Source of the DNA: a virus
Lineage: Duplodnaviria > Caudoviricetes
Strand: one strand, 5' to 3'
Length of the DNA stretch: 37,900 bases
Virus record (IMG/VR): IMGVR_UViG_3300023218_000148
Coordinates: 1-37,900 of that record
Shown here in pieces: positions 1 to 8,180 of this stretch (the first letter of the stretch is position 1; the number at the start of each line of letters is the position of its first letter). The position numbers and the translations under genes are program-made. A model generated the notes under the pieces. It was given only the letters and a program-made list of their open reading frames with translations. It made no database searches and had not been told where the DNA came from.

Positions 1-75
1 GGCCAGCAATGTCAAGGCCAGCACGACCACGCTGCGCATTGCAGGGCCGGGGGTCGCGGAGCCGCTGTGTTTCAT
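1..75 (-). CDS. 5' fragment of a probable host gene with a signal-peptide-like start (MKHSGSATPGPAMRSVVVLALTLLA...), running off the window
   Basis: ATG at 75 preceded by GAGG on the minus strand; open to the window edge; hydrophobic stretch; lies outside the phage left end. Confidence 0.35.
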   Translation of the reverse strand, partial: MKHSGSATPGPAMRSVVVLALTLLA

Positions 76-126
76 CGCCTCATGATACTAATAACCCGAT
101 ATGCACGTAAGTATGCCGGGTGAATG

Positions 127-151
127 TGTGGGGCGTCATTGAATATGAGAC
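127..151 (+). repeat. Left phage end, transposase site L1
   Basis: TGTGGGGCGTCATTGAATATGAGAC matches the reverse complement of the right end (TGTAACGCGACACTTAGTTTGAGAC) at 17/25 positions. Confidence 0.8.
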
Positions 152-226
152 TATGGCGTTGGAGCGGAAATTGGCGGAAAAGCAGCAATGACGGGGGTTT
201 GCGGGAGATCTGGCCGATCATAGAAA

Positions 227-242
227 GTCAGTTGATTTGATA
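227..242 (+). repeat. Subterminal transposase site L2
   Basis: GTCAGTTGATTTGATA is 14/16 identical to the reverse complement of 37730..37745; about 75 bp from L1, similar to the Mu L1-L2 spacer. Confidence 0.7.
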
Positions 243-267
243 CGGATTTTGGCCGATTGGCCCTATT

Positions 268-759
268 TCACAGCGAAAAGCTGTCGGATAGGTACGCGGA
301 AACGAGGTCCAGGATCTCGTTTTCGTCCTCGTCCGATAGGCCGAGGAAAGGGCGGGCGGGGATGTCGCCCCAAGGAATTGGCACGCCGTGCCGGGTGTCG
401 CCGAACTCGCCTTTCTCGGCGCCGAACTGGTGTGTGACACCGTAGATCTCGGCTACACCAGCTTCGGCCGATGAGGCGTCGAAGTCCGATCGGATGCTCT
501 GCACGAGGCTGCTGCTGTCCTGGAGGATTGCGAACGGTTCCGAGCCGGAGCGCTGCTTTTTCGTGGACTCTGCGAGCGGCGCCCAAGGCTCGCCGGTTTC
601 CGGGTCGCTCTGGGTCTGGAATGCGCGCTCTATGGCATCCTCGATTACGCCGGCGATGTCGCGCATGAGGGGGCTGAGGTCGCGGCCGGCTGCGGCTGCA
701 CGCTGGAGGGCGCGGAGGGCCTGTTCGTCGTCGATTTCGATCCGGATCTGGTCGGTCAT
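268..759 (-). CDS. Mu gpG-like virion morphogenesis / tail completion protein
   Basis: Motifs W.PLAEST, ILQDS..L..SI, YGVTHQFG and IPARPFLGLS..D; follows gpF. Confidence 0.9.
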   Translation of the reverse strand: MTDQIRIEIDDEQALRALQRAAAAGRDLSPLMRDIAGVIEDAIERAFQTQSDPETGEPWAPLAESTKKQRSGSEPFAILQDSSSLVQSIRSDFDASSAEAGVAEIYGVTHQFGAEKGEFGDTRHGVPIPWGDIPARPFLGLSDEDENEILDLVSAYLSDSFSL

Positions 760-787
760 GGACAATGCTCAGCGACAGGCGTAAAAT
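759..787 (+). promoter_or_regulatory. sigma70-type promoter firing antisense to the late operon
   Basis: TGGACA (759-764), 17-nt spacer, TAAAAT (782-787) in a GC-rich genome; predicted start near G794. Confidence 0.7.
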
Positions 788-793
788 GAAATT

Positions 794-886
794 GTCGGCG
801 GGTGGCCTTGTCGGTGCGTCCAGGCGCATAACCGGCCGGGCCCGGCGAGCGGAGCCTGAGAGCCGTTGTCGCCGCAGCCCGCCGGC
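794..886 (+). ncRNA. Putative ~93-nt structured ncRNA (three-way junction) convergent on the gpF nuclease 3' end
   Basis: Closing stem 794-806/874-886, hairpin 810-836, hairpin 844-873; starts 7 nt after the -10 box and ends 2 nt before the gpF stop codon. Confidence 0.6.
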
Positions 887-887
887 A

Positions 888-2195
888 TCAGTATCCTCTC
901 CATCGAAGCACGCCCACTCGTCGCTTGTCTACATCTCTCATCTGCGCAGGGAAGAAGGTGTACAGCAAGCTGCCGTCGCGATTGATACGGACAGCACCCA
1001 GCGCCGGCCGTCGACCGTCGCCGTCGGCGAACAGCGCAAAATAGTGCCGCTTGACCGTGCCGTCTTCGAACTCTGTATCCCAGACCTCGAATGGCTGTTG
1101 CAGCGTCGGCACAATGAAGTTGGCGAATCGCGCCCGCGCCGGGTCCTTCTGTACGATGTGTCTGAGAGCTTGCCTGTTGATCGGGATGGGTTCGAGGTCG
1201 CCGGGGCCCTCCACCCAGCGCACAGGACCGGTCAGCCCTACGGCCCGCGCTACCGCATCAGTGCGATCCTCGAGAGAAGGCGGAATATCCGATAGCCTCG
1301 GGGGCTCAGGGACGACCACCGAATCAGGCAGCCGCCTGACTGTCGGCAAACCCATCGACGCGGCAGTGACTTGAGCTGAGACTGGATTGCTGGCACCACG
1401 CTCGCCGATATCGCGGCCGCCGGCTGGATCGAAAGCGGCGTCGCACGGCGCCGAATTGAAGCCCGGATCGGTCTGGAACACCTGGCCATCCGGGGCGGTG
1501 ACGGTGGTAACGGGCTTGAATTTGATCTCGCCGGTGCGCTTGTCGACGAGCTGCAGGTCTCTGGTCTGCGTCTGACCGGCGGAGCTGGATATCTGGAGGC
1601 CTTCGGCGTCGAGTCGGCGCTGCGACAGGGTGCGCACCCGGCATCGGCAGTTGAAGCCGTTGGGCGGATAGATGCTCTGCCAGATCGGGTCGTCAGCACG
1701 GTAGACGACGCCATTGAGCGCGGCGTGACTGGGCCTGGTGCGGCTGTCCATGACGGCGACGTACTGCCAGAACGGCCGGCTTTGCGAGCGTGCCCGATGG
1801 CGCTGCAGGCGTCCGCACTGGTAGGCGGAGAACTTGTTGGTGCGGTAGATCGTGCGCAGCCGCTGCGGGCTGCCGAGCTGCACCTCCCGCTCGTCGCCGA
1901 ATTCGTCGGTGATGACCTGCTTGCCCCACCAGCCCTTGGCCTTCAGCTTGGGCTTCAGGCGTCGAATGAATTCGCGCTCGGTGACGCCTTCCTCGAGGAC
2001 TTCGGTCATGGCCTCGCGGAAGTCCTGGAGGATGTCCTGGCGCATGGCCTTTGTGACCCAGAACGACTTGGCTTGCACCTCTTCGGCGACGTCGAACCAA
2101 TTCCAGTTGACCACGTAGTCCTTGGACTGGAAGTATTCGATCGCCTCGGCCGGGCGCAGCCGCATCGCGAATGCCAGGTCGACCGGTTCAGGCAT
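888..2195 (-). CDS. Mu gpF (MuF) minor head protein with C-terminal PBECR2-like nuclease domain
   Basis: MuF motifs RLRTIYRTN, WQYVAVMDSRTRPSH and PPNGFNCRCRV; C-terminal LRHI..K..R...TLQQPFEVW...Y...TFF...R.G.L pattern resembles PBECR2. Confidence 0.88.
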   Translation of the reverse strand: MPEPVDLAFAMRLRPAEAIEYFQSKDYVVNWNWFDVAEEVQAKSFWVTKAMRQDILQDFREAMTEVLEEGVTEREFIRRLKPKLKAKGWWGKQVITDEFGDEREVQLGSPQRLRTIYRTNKFSAYQCGRLQRHRARSQSRPFWQYVAVMDSRTRPSHAALNGVVYRADDPIWQSIYPPNGFNCRCRVRTLSQRRLDAEGLQISSSAGQTQTRDLQLVDKRTGEIKFKPVTTVTAPDGQVFQTDPGFNSAPCDAAFDPAGGRDIGERGASNPVSAQVTAASMGLPTVRRLPDSVVVPEPPRLSDIPPSLEDRTDAVARAVGLTGPVRWVEGPGDLEPIPINRQALRHIVQKDPARARFANFIVPTLQQPFEVWDTEFEDGTVKRHYFALFADGDGRRPALGAVRINRDGSLLYTFFPAQMRDVDKRRVGVLRWRGY

Positions 2196-3723
2196 TGAGC
2201 CTGCCCCAGGTGTCGGCCACGAACAGCACGCGCGCCAGCAGGTCCTGTAGCGCGTCGTCGTCCATGTCCGGATAGGCCTCGGCGATCAGGCCCAGCGCCT
2301 CGTCGGGCGGGTGCTTGCGCACCAGGTCGAACAACGGTTCGAGCAGCTTCTCGGCCTGCTCCTGCATTTCGCCGTCGCCGATCGAATCGATCATGCGCTC
2401 CAGTTCGGCCTGGTCGGGGAAGGCCGGCAGCGCGAATTCGTGCGATGCGCCGCAGCCCGGGCAGGCATGGCGGCCAAACTGGCCGGGCTGGCCCGGCCCC
2501 TGGCCGCCGCCGATCGGCCTCGCACCCTCGCGCGGCAGGACATCCTCGCCGGCTTCGGCAGTCGGAATCTGCAGCCTTTCATGCGCGAATCGAGCCGGAA
2601 TATCCATAAAGCCGCGGGCCGAATCGATGACCTCGACCCATTCCTTGCGCGCTTCGCCTTCCTCGTAGAACTCGAAGCGCGGCGGCTTTGCGCCGGCGAC
2701 GTTCAGCTCAGTCACCCAGCCAAACAGCTGGTTCATGGTGTCGGCGACGATTGCGCGATCGCTTTCGTTGACTGCCTGCTCGCGCCCGCGATGGGTTTCG
2801 CTGGCCGCCCGGCTGCCTTCGCCCTGGATTTCGGTAGCCAGCGTCTGCGAAGTGAGCGCCTTGGACATCTCCGAATTGCAGACCTTGACCAAGCGCTCTT
2901 GAGGCAGTGCCGCCATGCCTGTGCCGGTCGTCACCAGCTCGACGCTGCTGCCATCCTGGATTGCCGCGACGGCATCCTCGATCATGTCGCGCAAGGCATC
3001 AGCCAGCTTGTCCTGCTCATCCTGCGGCGTGCCGGGCGGGTACTTGCCGATCGCCCAGGGCAAGCCGTATTTTTCCGAGAACTTCAGGAAGTAGCGGAAG
3101 CCGGAATGCTTGAAGGTGTAGGGCCAGAAGCACGCCGAAAACACGGCCACGCCGTAGGGGTTTTCCTGGCTGGGCATGTGACGTGTGCAAAGGAACGTGC
3201 GATCGTCGATCGCGATGCCCTCGGACGGCGAACTGCGGGTGAGCAGCCGGAGCTCGTTGGACTCGCTGCCGAACAGGAATCTGCGCTGCGGGCGGTCGAA
3301 AATCTGCGGCATCAGCAGGTTGTCGGCGCGTTCCCAGACGACTTCATGGATCGCGAATCCACGAAACACCGCCAGCGCCATCGTCCAGATCACATCCGGC
3401 CAGCGGCCACCGGGCGCCGGCGGTCGCGACAATACCATCTCGGTAATCTCGAGCGCCCGCTGATCAGCCGGGGTATCGCCGCCGGCCTCGATGCGCCACT
3501 CGTAGCCCAGCAGCGCCGAGCGCACGCTGCGCAGCTCGCCAAGCACGTGGGCGTCCATGCCGATCGCGTCGAAGGCCTCCTGGCCGCGGTTGAGCTTGCG
3601 CAGCACCGGGTCCGGGTTGGGCAGGAACTTCAGTGCGGCGGTGAAGTGCGGATCGGTGGCGCGGGTGGCAATGGCCTCGGCCAGGTTGCTGCGCGCGATG
3701 CGCTTGAGATCGATGTCGGTCAT
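2188..3723 (-). CDS. Portal protein (Mu gp29 / DUF935)
   Basis: Motifs NPYG, F.EKYGLPW.IGKY, N.EMSKAL..QTL and GS.AA..TH; position between terminase and gpF. Confidence 0.92.
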   Translation of the reverse strand: MTDIDLKRIARSNLAEAIATRATDPHFTAALKFLPNPDPVLRKLNRGQEAFDAIGMDAHVLGELRSVRSALLGYEWRIEAGGDTPADQRALEITEMVLSRPPAPGGRWPDVIWTMALAVFRGFAIHEVVWERADNLLMPQIFDRPQRRFLFGSESNELRLLTRSSPSEGIAIDDRTFLCTRHMPSQENPYGVAVFSACFWPYTFKHSGFRYFLKFSEKYGLPWAIGKYPPGTPQDEQDKLADALRDMIEDAVAAIQDGSSVELVTTGTGMAALPQERLVKVCNSEMSKALTSQTLATEIQGEGSRAASETHRGREQAVNESDRAIVADTMNQLFGWVTELNVAGAKPPRFEFYEEGEARKEWVEVIDSARGFMDIPARFAHERLQIPTAEAGEDVLPREGARPIGGGQGPGQPGQFGRHACPGCGASHEFALPAFPDQAELERMIDSIGDGEMQEQAEKLLEPLFDLVRKHPPDEALGLIAEAYPDMDDDALQDLLARVLFVADTWGRLNA

Positions 3724-3724
3724 G

Positions 3725-5335
3725 TCAGTAGCCTCGGAGATCGGCGCCGACAGCGCGGCGGCGGGTCAGGATTCGGCCGGCGCCCGGCTGTCGGCTGAGC
3801 GCCAGCGTCCAGAGCATGTGCAGCCCATCGGGCCCGTCGTCGTGGTCGGCCTTGGGCCAGTGGCGCAGCTGCTGGATCAGTGTCGTCTGCGACGGATGCA
3901 CCCGGATCAGTCCGTTGCTGATGTGCGGCTGCAGGCTCTCGATGCGCAGGCTTTTGTCGGTGCCCGGCGTCATGCCGATTGCGGGCACTGGCACCCCAGC
4001 CTTCGCCGAGCGCTTGACCAGCTCGGTGCGCAGGAATTCCTGGAACTGCACCGTCTCCACACCCCAAACCAGGCAGCGGTACTGGCGCTGCAACTCGATA
4101 ATGGTCTCGATAATCAGGTCGGGCACGCGGCGCTTAATACGCGCTTCAATCACATCCAGCACGCCTTGCTCGCGGTCGAACCCGCCGATCAGGATGGCGC
4201 TCGGATCGCGTTGCTTGCCGAACTTGCCAAGGCTGGGGTCGCAGGCGCCGAAGAAGATCCAGCGCGGGTTTTCCTCGGCCCAGTAGATAATCGTGCCGAA
4301 GGTCGCGTTCTGCAGGTTGACCGGATCGTTCTGATACTCCGAATCGAACGTGTCGTGGCCATCGCGCGCCCGGATGACCATCAGCCGCACCAGTGGCCGC
4401 GCGCTGGGCCAGCTCACGCGCGCGCCGGCATCCATCGCCGCCCGATGGTGCTGGTAGAAGCGCATCGCATCTTCTTCGCCCCGGTTGAGCAGACGCTCCT
4501 CGAACTGCTCCCACAGGTCCATCCGATCGGGCCATGCGATCAAAGCTTGGAATCGCCGCCGGCGCCACATCGGGTTATCCAGCAATCGGTTCAGCACGCT
4601 GTCGTAGTGCAGGATCGTACCGATGACGATCACGTCCATGCGTCCGCTGGCATCGCCCAGTTGCAGCACGGTTTTCTTCAGCCAGGTCTCGAGCTTGTCG
4701 CGCTGGGCCGGGTTGGCGACGTTCTCGTCGTTTTCCAGATCGTCGCCAATGACCAGGTCCGGCCGGTGCGGTCCGTGCCGGCGCCCGCGAATCTTCTTGC
4801 CGCTGCCTGCGCCCTGGATCTTGACGTTGTTGCGCGTGATGATCACACCCTCGCGCCAGACCCGGCCCTGACCGGTGGCCTTCGGATAGTCATTAAGCAG
4901 CCGCGGGTTGGAATCCAGCTCCGCGCGCACACTCTCCATGTGCTCGGCGGCCTGCTCGAACGCATCCATGACGAGAATCACAAAGTGCTTTCGTCCGGTC
5001 ACCACGCACCAGATCACGAAGATCAGCGCCACGATGGTGCTCTTGGCCTCGCCCCGCGGCGCGGCGATGGCCTCGTGCACACCCTTCGCGCTGTTCGCGA
5101 TCAACGGCAGTTCGTCGTACAGGAATGCGTGCAGCTCGGAATCCTCAAAATCGAGGTAATGCGGAAAGTAGGTGTGGGCAAAGAACCGGAAGTCGGTGTG
5201 CGCGCGCTTGCGCCGCTCGGTGGCAGCTGCCGGGTCGGGCGCGAAGCTATCGACCGAACACTCGATCTGCCGACGCAGCTCGCTGCCGAGCTGCGCGAGC
5301 TGACGCTCGAACTCCCTGCGCGACAGATCAGCCAT
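3725..5335 (-). CDS. terL: Terminase large subunit
   Basis: Walker A-like APRGEAKST, RPDLVIGDDLEND, nuclease motifs ACDPS and HDDGPD. Confidence 0.93.
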   Translation of the reverse strand: MADLSRREFERQLAQLGSELRRQIECSVDSFAPDPAAATERRKRAHTDFRFFAHTYFPHYLDFEDSELHAFLYDELPLIANSAKGVHEAIAAPRGEAKSTIVALIFVIWCVVTGRKHFVILVMDAFEQAAEHMESVRAELDSNPRLLNDYPKATGQGRVWREGVIITRNNVKIQGAGSGKKIRGRRHGPHRPDLVIGDDLENDENVANPAQRDKLETWLKKTVLQLGDASGRMDVIVIGTILHYDSVLNRLLDNPMWRRRRFQALIAWPDRMDLWEQFEERLLNRGEEDAMRFYQHHRAAMDAGARVSWPSARPLVRLMVIRARDGHDTFDSEYQNDPVNLQNATFGTIIYWAEENPRWIFFGACDPSLGKFGKQRDPSAILIGGFDREQGVLDVIEARIKRRVPDLIIETIIELQRQYRCLVWGVETVQFQEFLRTELVKRSAKAGVPVPAIGMTPGTDKSLRIESLQPHISNGLIRVHPSQTTLIQQLRHWPKADHDDGPDGLHMLWTLALSRQPGAGRILTRRRAVGADLRGY

Positions 5336-5825
5336 AGCTGGCCGCCACCTGCTTGCCGAACGGCTCCAGCACCTCGATCAATGCGGCGGCGTGCTGCGGG
5401 AACTCGGCCTGGACGAACTGGCCGAGCTTATCGAGTACCTCCAGCGCCATCGCCAGCCGGCCGATCTCCGGCGCGCCTTTGGTCGCTGCGCGCATGGTTT
5501 TGGTGTAGGCGTCGCTCAGCCGGCTGATGGCCTCGGCTTTGGCCAGCGGGTTGACCTCGGCGTCCCTGATCTGCTCGACCGTGGCCTGGAACAGGATCGC
5601 GAAATCCTCCAAAAGCTGCGTGGTGATGTCGCCGAGCTGGCCCGTGGACATCCGCATGGCCTGGCGGGCACGGTCCCAGTCGTCGCCCTCGTCGCGCGCC
5701 TTGCGCTTCCATGCCTGCGCGGTCGAGTAACTTACTCCGACCTTCTGCGCGGCAGCCTCCAGCGGCAGGCGGGCGTTGACGTAGGCCGCCTTGACCGCTT
5801 CCTTGATCGCTTTGCTGTAGGCCAC
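5328..5825 (-). CDS. Terminase small subunit-like HTH protein (DUF1804-like)
   Basis: N-terminal HTH, WK...GDDWDRAR motif, immediately upstream of terL. Confidence 0.8.
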   Translation of the reverse strand: MAYSKAIKEAVKAAYVNARLPLEAAAQKVGVSYSTAQAWKRKARDEGDDWDRARQAMRMSTGQLGDITTQLLEDFAILFQATVEQIRDAEVNPLAKAEAISRLSDAYTKTMRAATKGAPEIGRLAMALEVLDKLGQFVQAEFPQHAAALIEVLEPFGKQVAASYG

Positions 5826-5828
5826 GCA

Positions 5829-6098
5829 TCACACCCCGAACCGCGTGCGCAGATATTCGGCGATCATGGTCACGCCGACCGCCGACAGAAACCCGGCGCC
5901 GGCGCCGTGGACCGCTGAGCGGGTCTCGACATGGCGTAGGCGGTCGTCGATCTGTCCGACCTTCTGCGCCATCTCGGTGTTCTGGACGACGAGTGCCTTG
6001 AGCTGACCCTCGATCCGGCCCAGGCTGCGGTGGATGTTCGGGTGCGATTCGGTCGCGCCAGCGCTATTCTCACTCAGGCTGTGGTGAATGTCTGTCAT
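5829..6098 (-). CDS. Small coiled-coil protein with C-terminal transmembrane helix
   Basis: LGRIEG...DDRLRHVE followed by a hydrophobic tail; usual slot between lysis genes and small terminase. Confidence 0.7.
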   Translation of the reverse strand: MTDIHHSLSENSAGATESHPNIHRSLGRIEGQLKALVVQNTEMAQKVGQIDDRLRHVETRSAVHGAGAGFLSAVGVTMIAEYLRTRFGV

Positions 6099-6492
6099 TG
6101 ATCTCTCTTAATTGCTTGCGGTCCAGTTGACAGGCCTCGACCACGCCGAAAAGCTCCGCATTGAGCTGCAGCGCATCCCCCCAGGTGAGATCGGCCGGCA
6201 CCGCCGGCACCGCCAGCGGCGCGACGCGCTCAGCCGGAATCGGAACCCACTGGCGCACCGGAATCTCGACCCGCTCGGTGCGCACGATCGGCTGCCTCGC
6301 GCAGCCAGTCGCCAGCAGCAGCAGGCACAGGCTCGCCAGCGCAGCGGTCGCCGGCCAGCGTGGCGGCCAGCCGCCCCTGCAGCGTTTCGAGCTGGCGCGC
6401 CAGCCGTTCGTTCTGCGCCGCGAGTCGCTCGCGGTCAGCGGCGAGGTCGGCGTCGATAACGTTGGTCTCGCCGATGCATGCATTGAGCCCAT
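6070..6492 (-). CDS. o-spanin (Rz1-like lipoprotein), start uncertain
   Basis: Lipobox LLLATGC, Pro-rich mature part with later Cys, overlaps Rz in a different frame. Confidence 0.65.
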   Translation of the reverse strand: MGSMHASARPTLSTPTSPLTASDSRRRTNGWRASSKRCRGGWPPRWPATAALASLCLLLLATGCARQPIVRTERVEIPVRQWVPIPAERVAPLAVPAVPADLTWGDALQLNAELFGVVEACQLDRKQLREINDRHSPQPE

Positions 6493-6667
6493 CCTCCAGC
6501 GCTGTGATAGTGACGAAGTGTTCGGCGTTGGCGTCGCGGCAAACTGCCGCCTCGGTCTGGGCCTTGCCCAGGGCCTCGTGCGCCTGGCCGAGGCGCCACT
6601 CCTGAAAGCCGACTGCAGCCAGCAGCAGCGCTACGGCCGCGCCCAGCGCGATTACGGCCTGCTGCAT
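6230..6667 (-). CDS. i-spanin (Rz-like)
   Basis: N-terminal transmembrane helix, coiled coil, C-terminal C...PVP motif; follows endolysin. Confidence 0.75.
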   Translation of the reverse strand: MQQAVIALGAAVALLLAAVGFQEWRLGQAHEALGKAQTEAAVCRDANAEHFVTITALEDGLNACIGETNVIDADLAADRERLAAQNERLARQLETLQGRLAATLAGDRCAGEPVPAAAGDWLREAADRAHRAGRDSGAPVGSDSG

Positions 6668-7326
6668 ACCGGCTCCCCGGGCCAGCCGGCGCGGTGGTAT
6701 CGAGGCTCCAGGTCGAGCAGGATCCGGCGGACATAGCTGCGGTTCTCGTTCATCGCCCAGTCCGCCCTACCCGAAAACAGCTCGACCTCGCCGAACCAAC
6801 TGCTCGGATCGGCCCCGGCGCTGGCCGCCAGCCGCTGGTCGCGATTGACCCAGCCCAGCCCGCCGTTGTAGCTCGACAGCGTCGCCGCCCAGCGCGAACA
6901 CTCGTCCGCGAAGTCCCGGTTGCGGTGGTAGAGCCAGTGGTTGTAATAGACGTTGGCCTGGATCGCCCAGCGCGGATCATCGGGCACTGCCGGCGCCAGC
7001 TCGCGCGCAAAGATCTCAGCCATCCACTCGGCCGTGGATGGGATGAACTGTGCCAGCCCGCAAGCGCCTGCCCAACTGCATACATCGGGACGCCAAGCCG
7101 ATTCCTGGTGCAACTGCCCGGCAATACGCGCGATCGGCGCCTCGGGGCCGAACCGGGCCTGAGCCTGGCGAGTAATAGGGCGCTGGTACTCCCACGCACT
7201 CTCCGGGACCTGCGCCTGCACCTGCATTGGTGCCAGCACCCCGAGCCCCAGCCAGATCATGAACACCGCAGCAGCGCAATACATCAGCGCGAGTACGGAC
7301 CACAGAAATGCACGCGCCCGGTTCAT
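6652..7326 (-). CDS. Endolysin, SLT lytic transglycosylase with N-terminal hydrophobic anchor
   Basis: QLHQESAW (catalytic E), GLAQFIP.T, YNGGLGW and ENR.YV motifs; ATG at 7326 overlaps the holin stop. Confidence 0.9.
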   Translation of the reverse strand: MNRARAFLWSVLALMYCAAAVFMIWLGLGVLAPMQVQAQVPESAWEYQRPITRQAQARFGPEAPIARIAGQLHQESAWRPDVCSWAGACGLAQFIPSTAEWMAEIFARELAPAVPDDPRWAIQANVYYNHWLYHRNRDFADECSRWAATLSSYNGGLGWVNRDQRLAASAGADPSSWFGEVELFSGRADWAMNENRSYVRRILLDLEPRYHRAGWPGEPVCSRP

Positions 7327-7616
7327 ACTGCCACCGCCACCGCGATCATTGCAGCGGCTACGATCAAGGCCTGTCCCATGCCCGCCAGGCATCGGTGCAT
7401 CGGCTCGGTGTATTCGGAAACGTTCAACCGGATCAGCCGGCGCGAGATCACCCAGCCCAGCATCGCGCCGGAGGCCACCTGACCGATCGAGCCGAGCCAC
7501 CGCGACAGATAGCCCGAGGCCGAAAAGCCGATCAGCAGCACTGCGACGACGATAAGCGCGATGGCCCATACCTCGAGGCCCCGAATCCAGTTCCATGCCC
7601 GTTCGAAGAAATTCAT
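7323..7616 (-). CDS. Putative holin (3 transmembrane segments)
   Basis: 97 aa, three hydrophobic segments, AGGA ribosome site before ATG 7616, directly upstream of endolysin. Confidence 0.75.
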   Translation of the reverse strand: MNFFERAWNWIRGLEVWAIALIVVAVLLIGFSASGYLSRWLGSIGQVASGAMLGWVISRRLIRLNVSEYTEPMHRCLAGMGQALIVAAAMIAVAVAV

Positions 7617-7693
7617 CTGCCCGTTCCTGTGAGAATTGATGACAAAACGCCTGAAGACGGCGGTGTCGCCATGCTCTTGGAATGGGCGCGCCC

Positions 7694-7718
7694 GGGTCAG
7701 CGTGAAGGGGTTCACGCG
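7694..7718 (-). promoter_or_regulatory. Late-promoter activator site, copy 1 (lysis/packaging operon)
   Basis: CGCGTGAACCCCTTCACGCTGACCC on the minus strand, 23/25 identical to 22976..23000; dyad GCGTGAA-N4-TTCACGC. Confidence 0.7.
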
Positions 7719-7736
7719 CAATGTCCGGGAGGGCTA

Positions 7737-8180
7737 TCAGTTTGCCCCGGAATCTGTGCCAGCGCAAGCCCGGAACAGATTGCCCTGGCGGTCGGCCTCG
7801 CGCGCGGCATTGCAAATCTCAATCACCCAACGGCGCGTAAGTCCGAAATCACGCGCAATCTCGGCGTATGAATCGCCGGCCTCTCGCCGCTCTACGATCG
7901 CCGCATTGCGCGCCTGCATCAGGATCTTGTCGGACTTTGGCAGCTCCAGTCGCTCGCCGCGGTGCGCCTCGCACAGCTTCTCTAGTGCAGCTATGCCGAT
8001 GATCTGCGCCAGCACCCGATCGGCACTGGCAGTCTTCGGGATCCAAATTTGGCGCCCGCCGCGGGCGCGCACCAGTTTCAGCGCGTCATCGAAGCCGATC
8101 CGGCGCACCAGCATGCGCAACTGCGGCGGCAGCAACCGCACACTCACCAGCGATTCCAATTTCAGATCGTCTACGCTCAC
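7737..8180 (-). CDS. mor: Mor/C-family transcription activator
   Basis: IG.D.AL.L...GG.QI.IPK motif, RN..I motif and C-terminal HTH (YAEIARDFGLTRRWV); GTG start overlapping the upstream stop. Confidence 0.85.
   Translation of the reverse strand: MSVDDLKLESLVSVRLLPPQLRMLVRRIGFDDALKLVRARGGRQIWIPKTASADRVLAQIIGIAALEKLCEAHRGERLELPKSDKILMQARNAAIVERREAGDSYAEIARDFGLTRRWVIEICNAAREADRQGNLFRACAGTDSGAN

Noticed and set aside
61-70. Alternative left end at TGTGT 66 with GCCGC as target duplication (also at 37781-37785)
   Set aside because: The right GCCGC is not adjacent to a terminal CA and position 66 lacks similarity to the right end; 127 fits far better
159-258. Short direct repeats near the left end (GCGGAAA x2, TGGCCGAT x2) as a pac site
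   Set aside because: Too short to distinguish from chance without comparative data
794-886. Canonical tRNA or intrinsic terminator
   Set aside because: No T-loop GTTC or D-loop consensus, no CCA end, and no U-tract after the stem in the direction of the late operon
2311-5527. Long + strand ORFs (495 aa and 656 aa) opposite portal and terminase
   Set aside because: Antisense shadow frames typical of high-GC coding DNA; no motifs
6652-7815. 387-aa endolysin as listed in the ORF track
   Set aside because: The N-terminal extension overlaps holin and mor; the real start is probably ATG 7326
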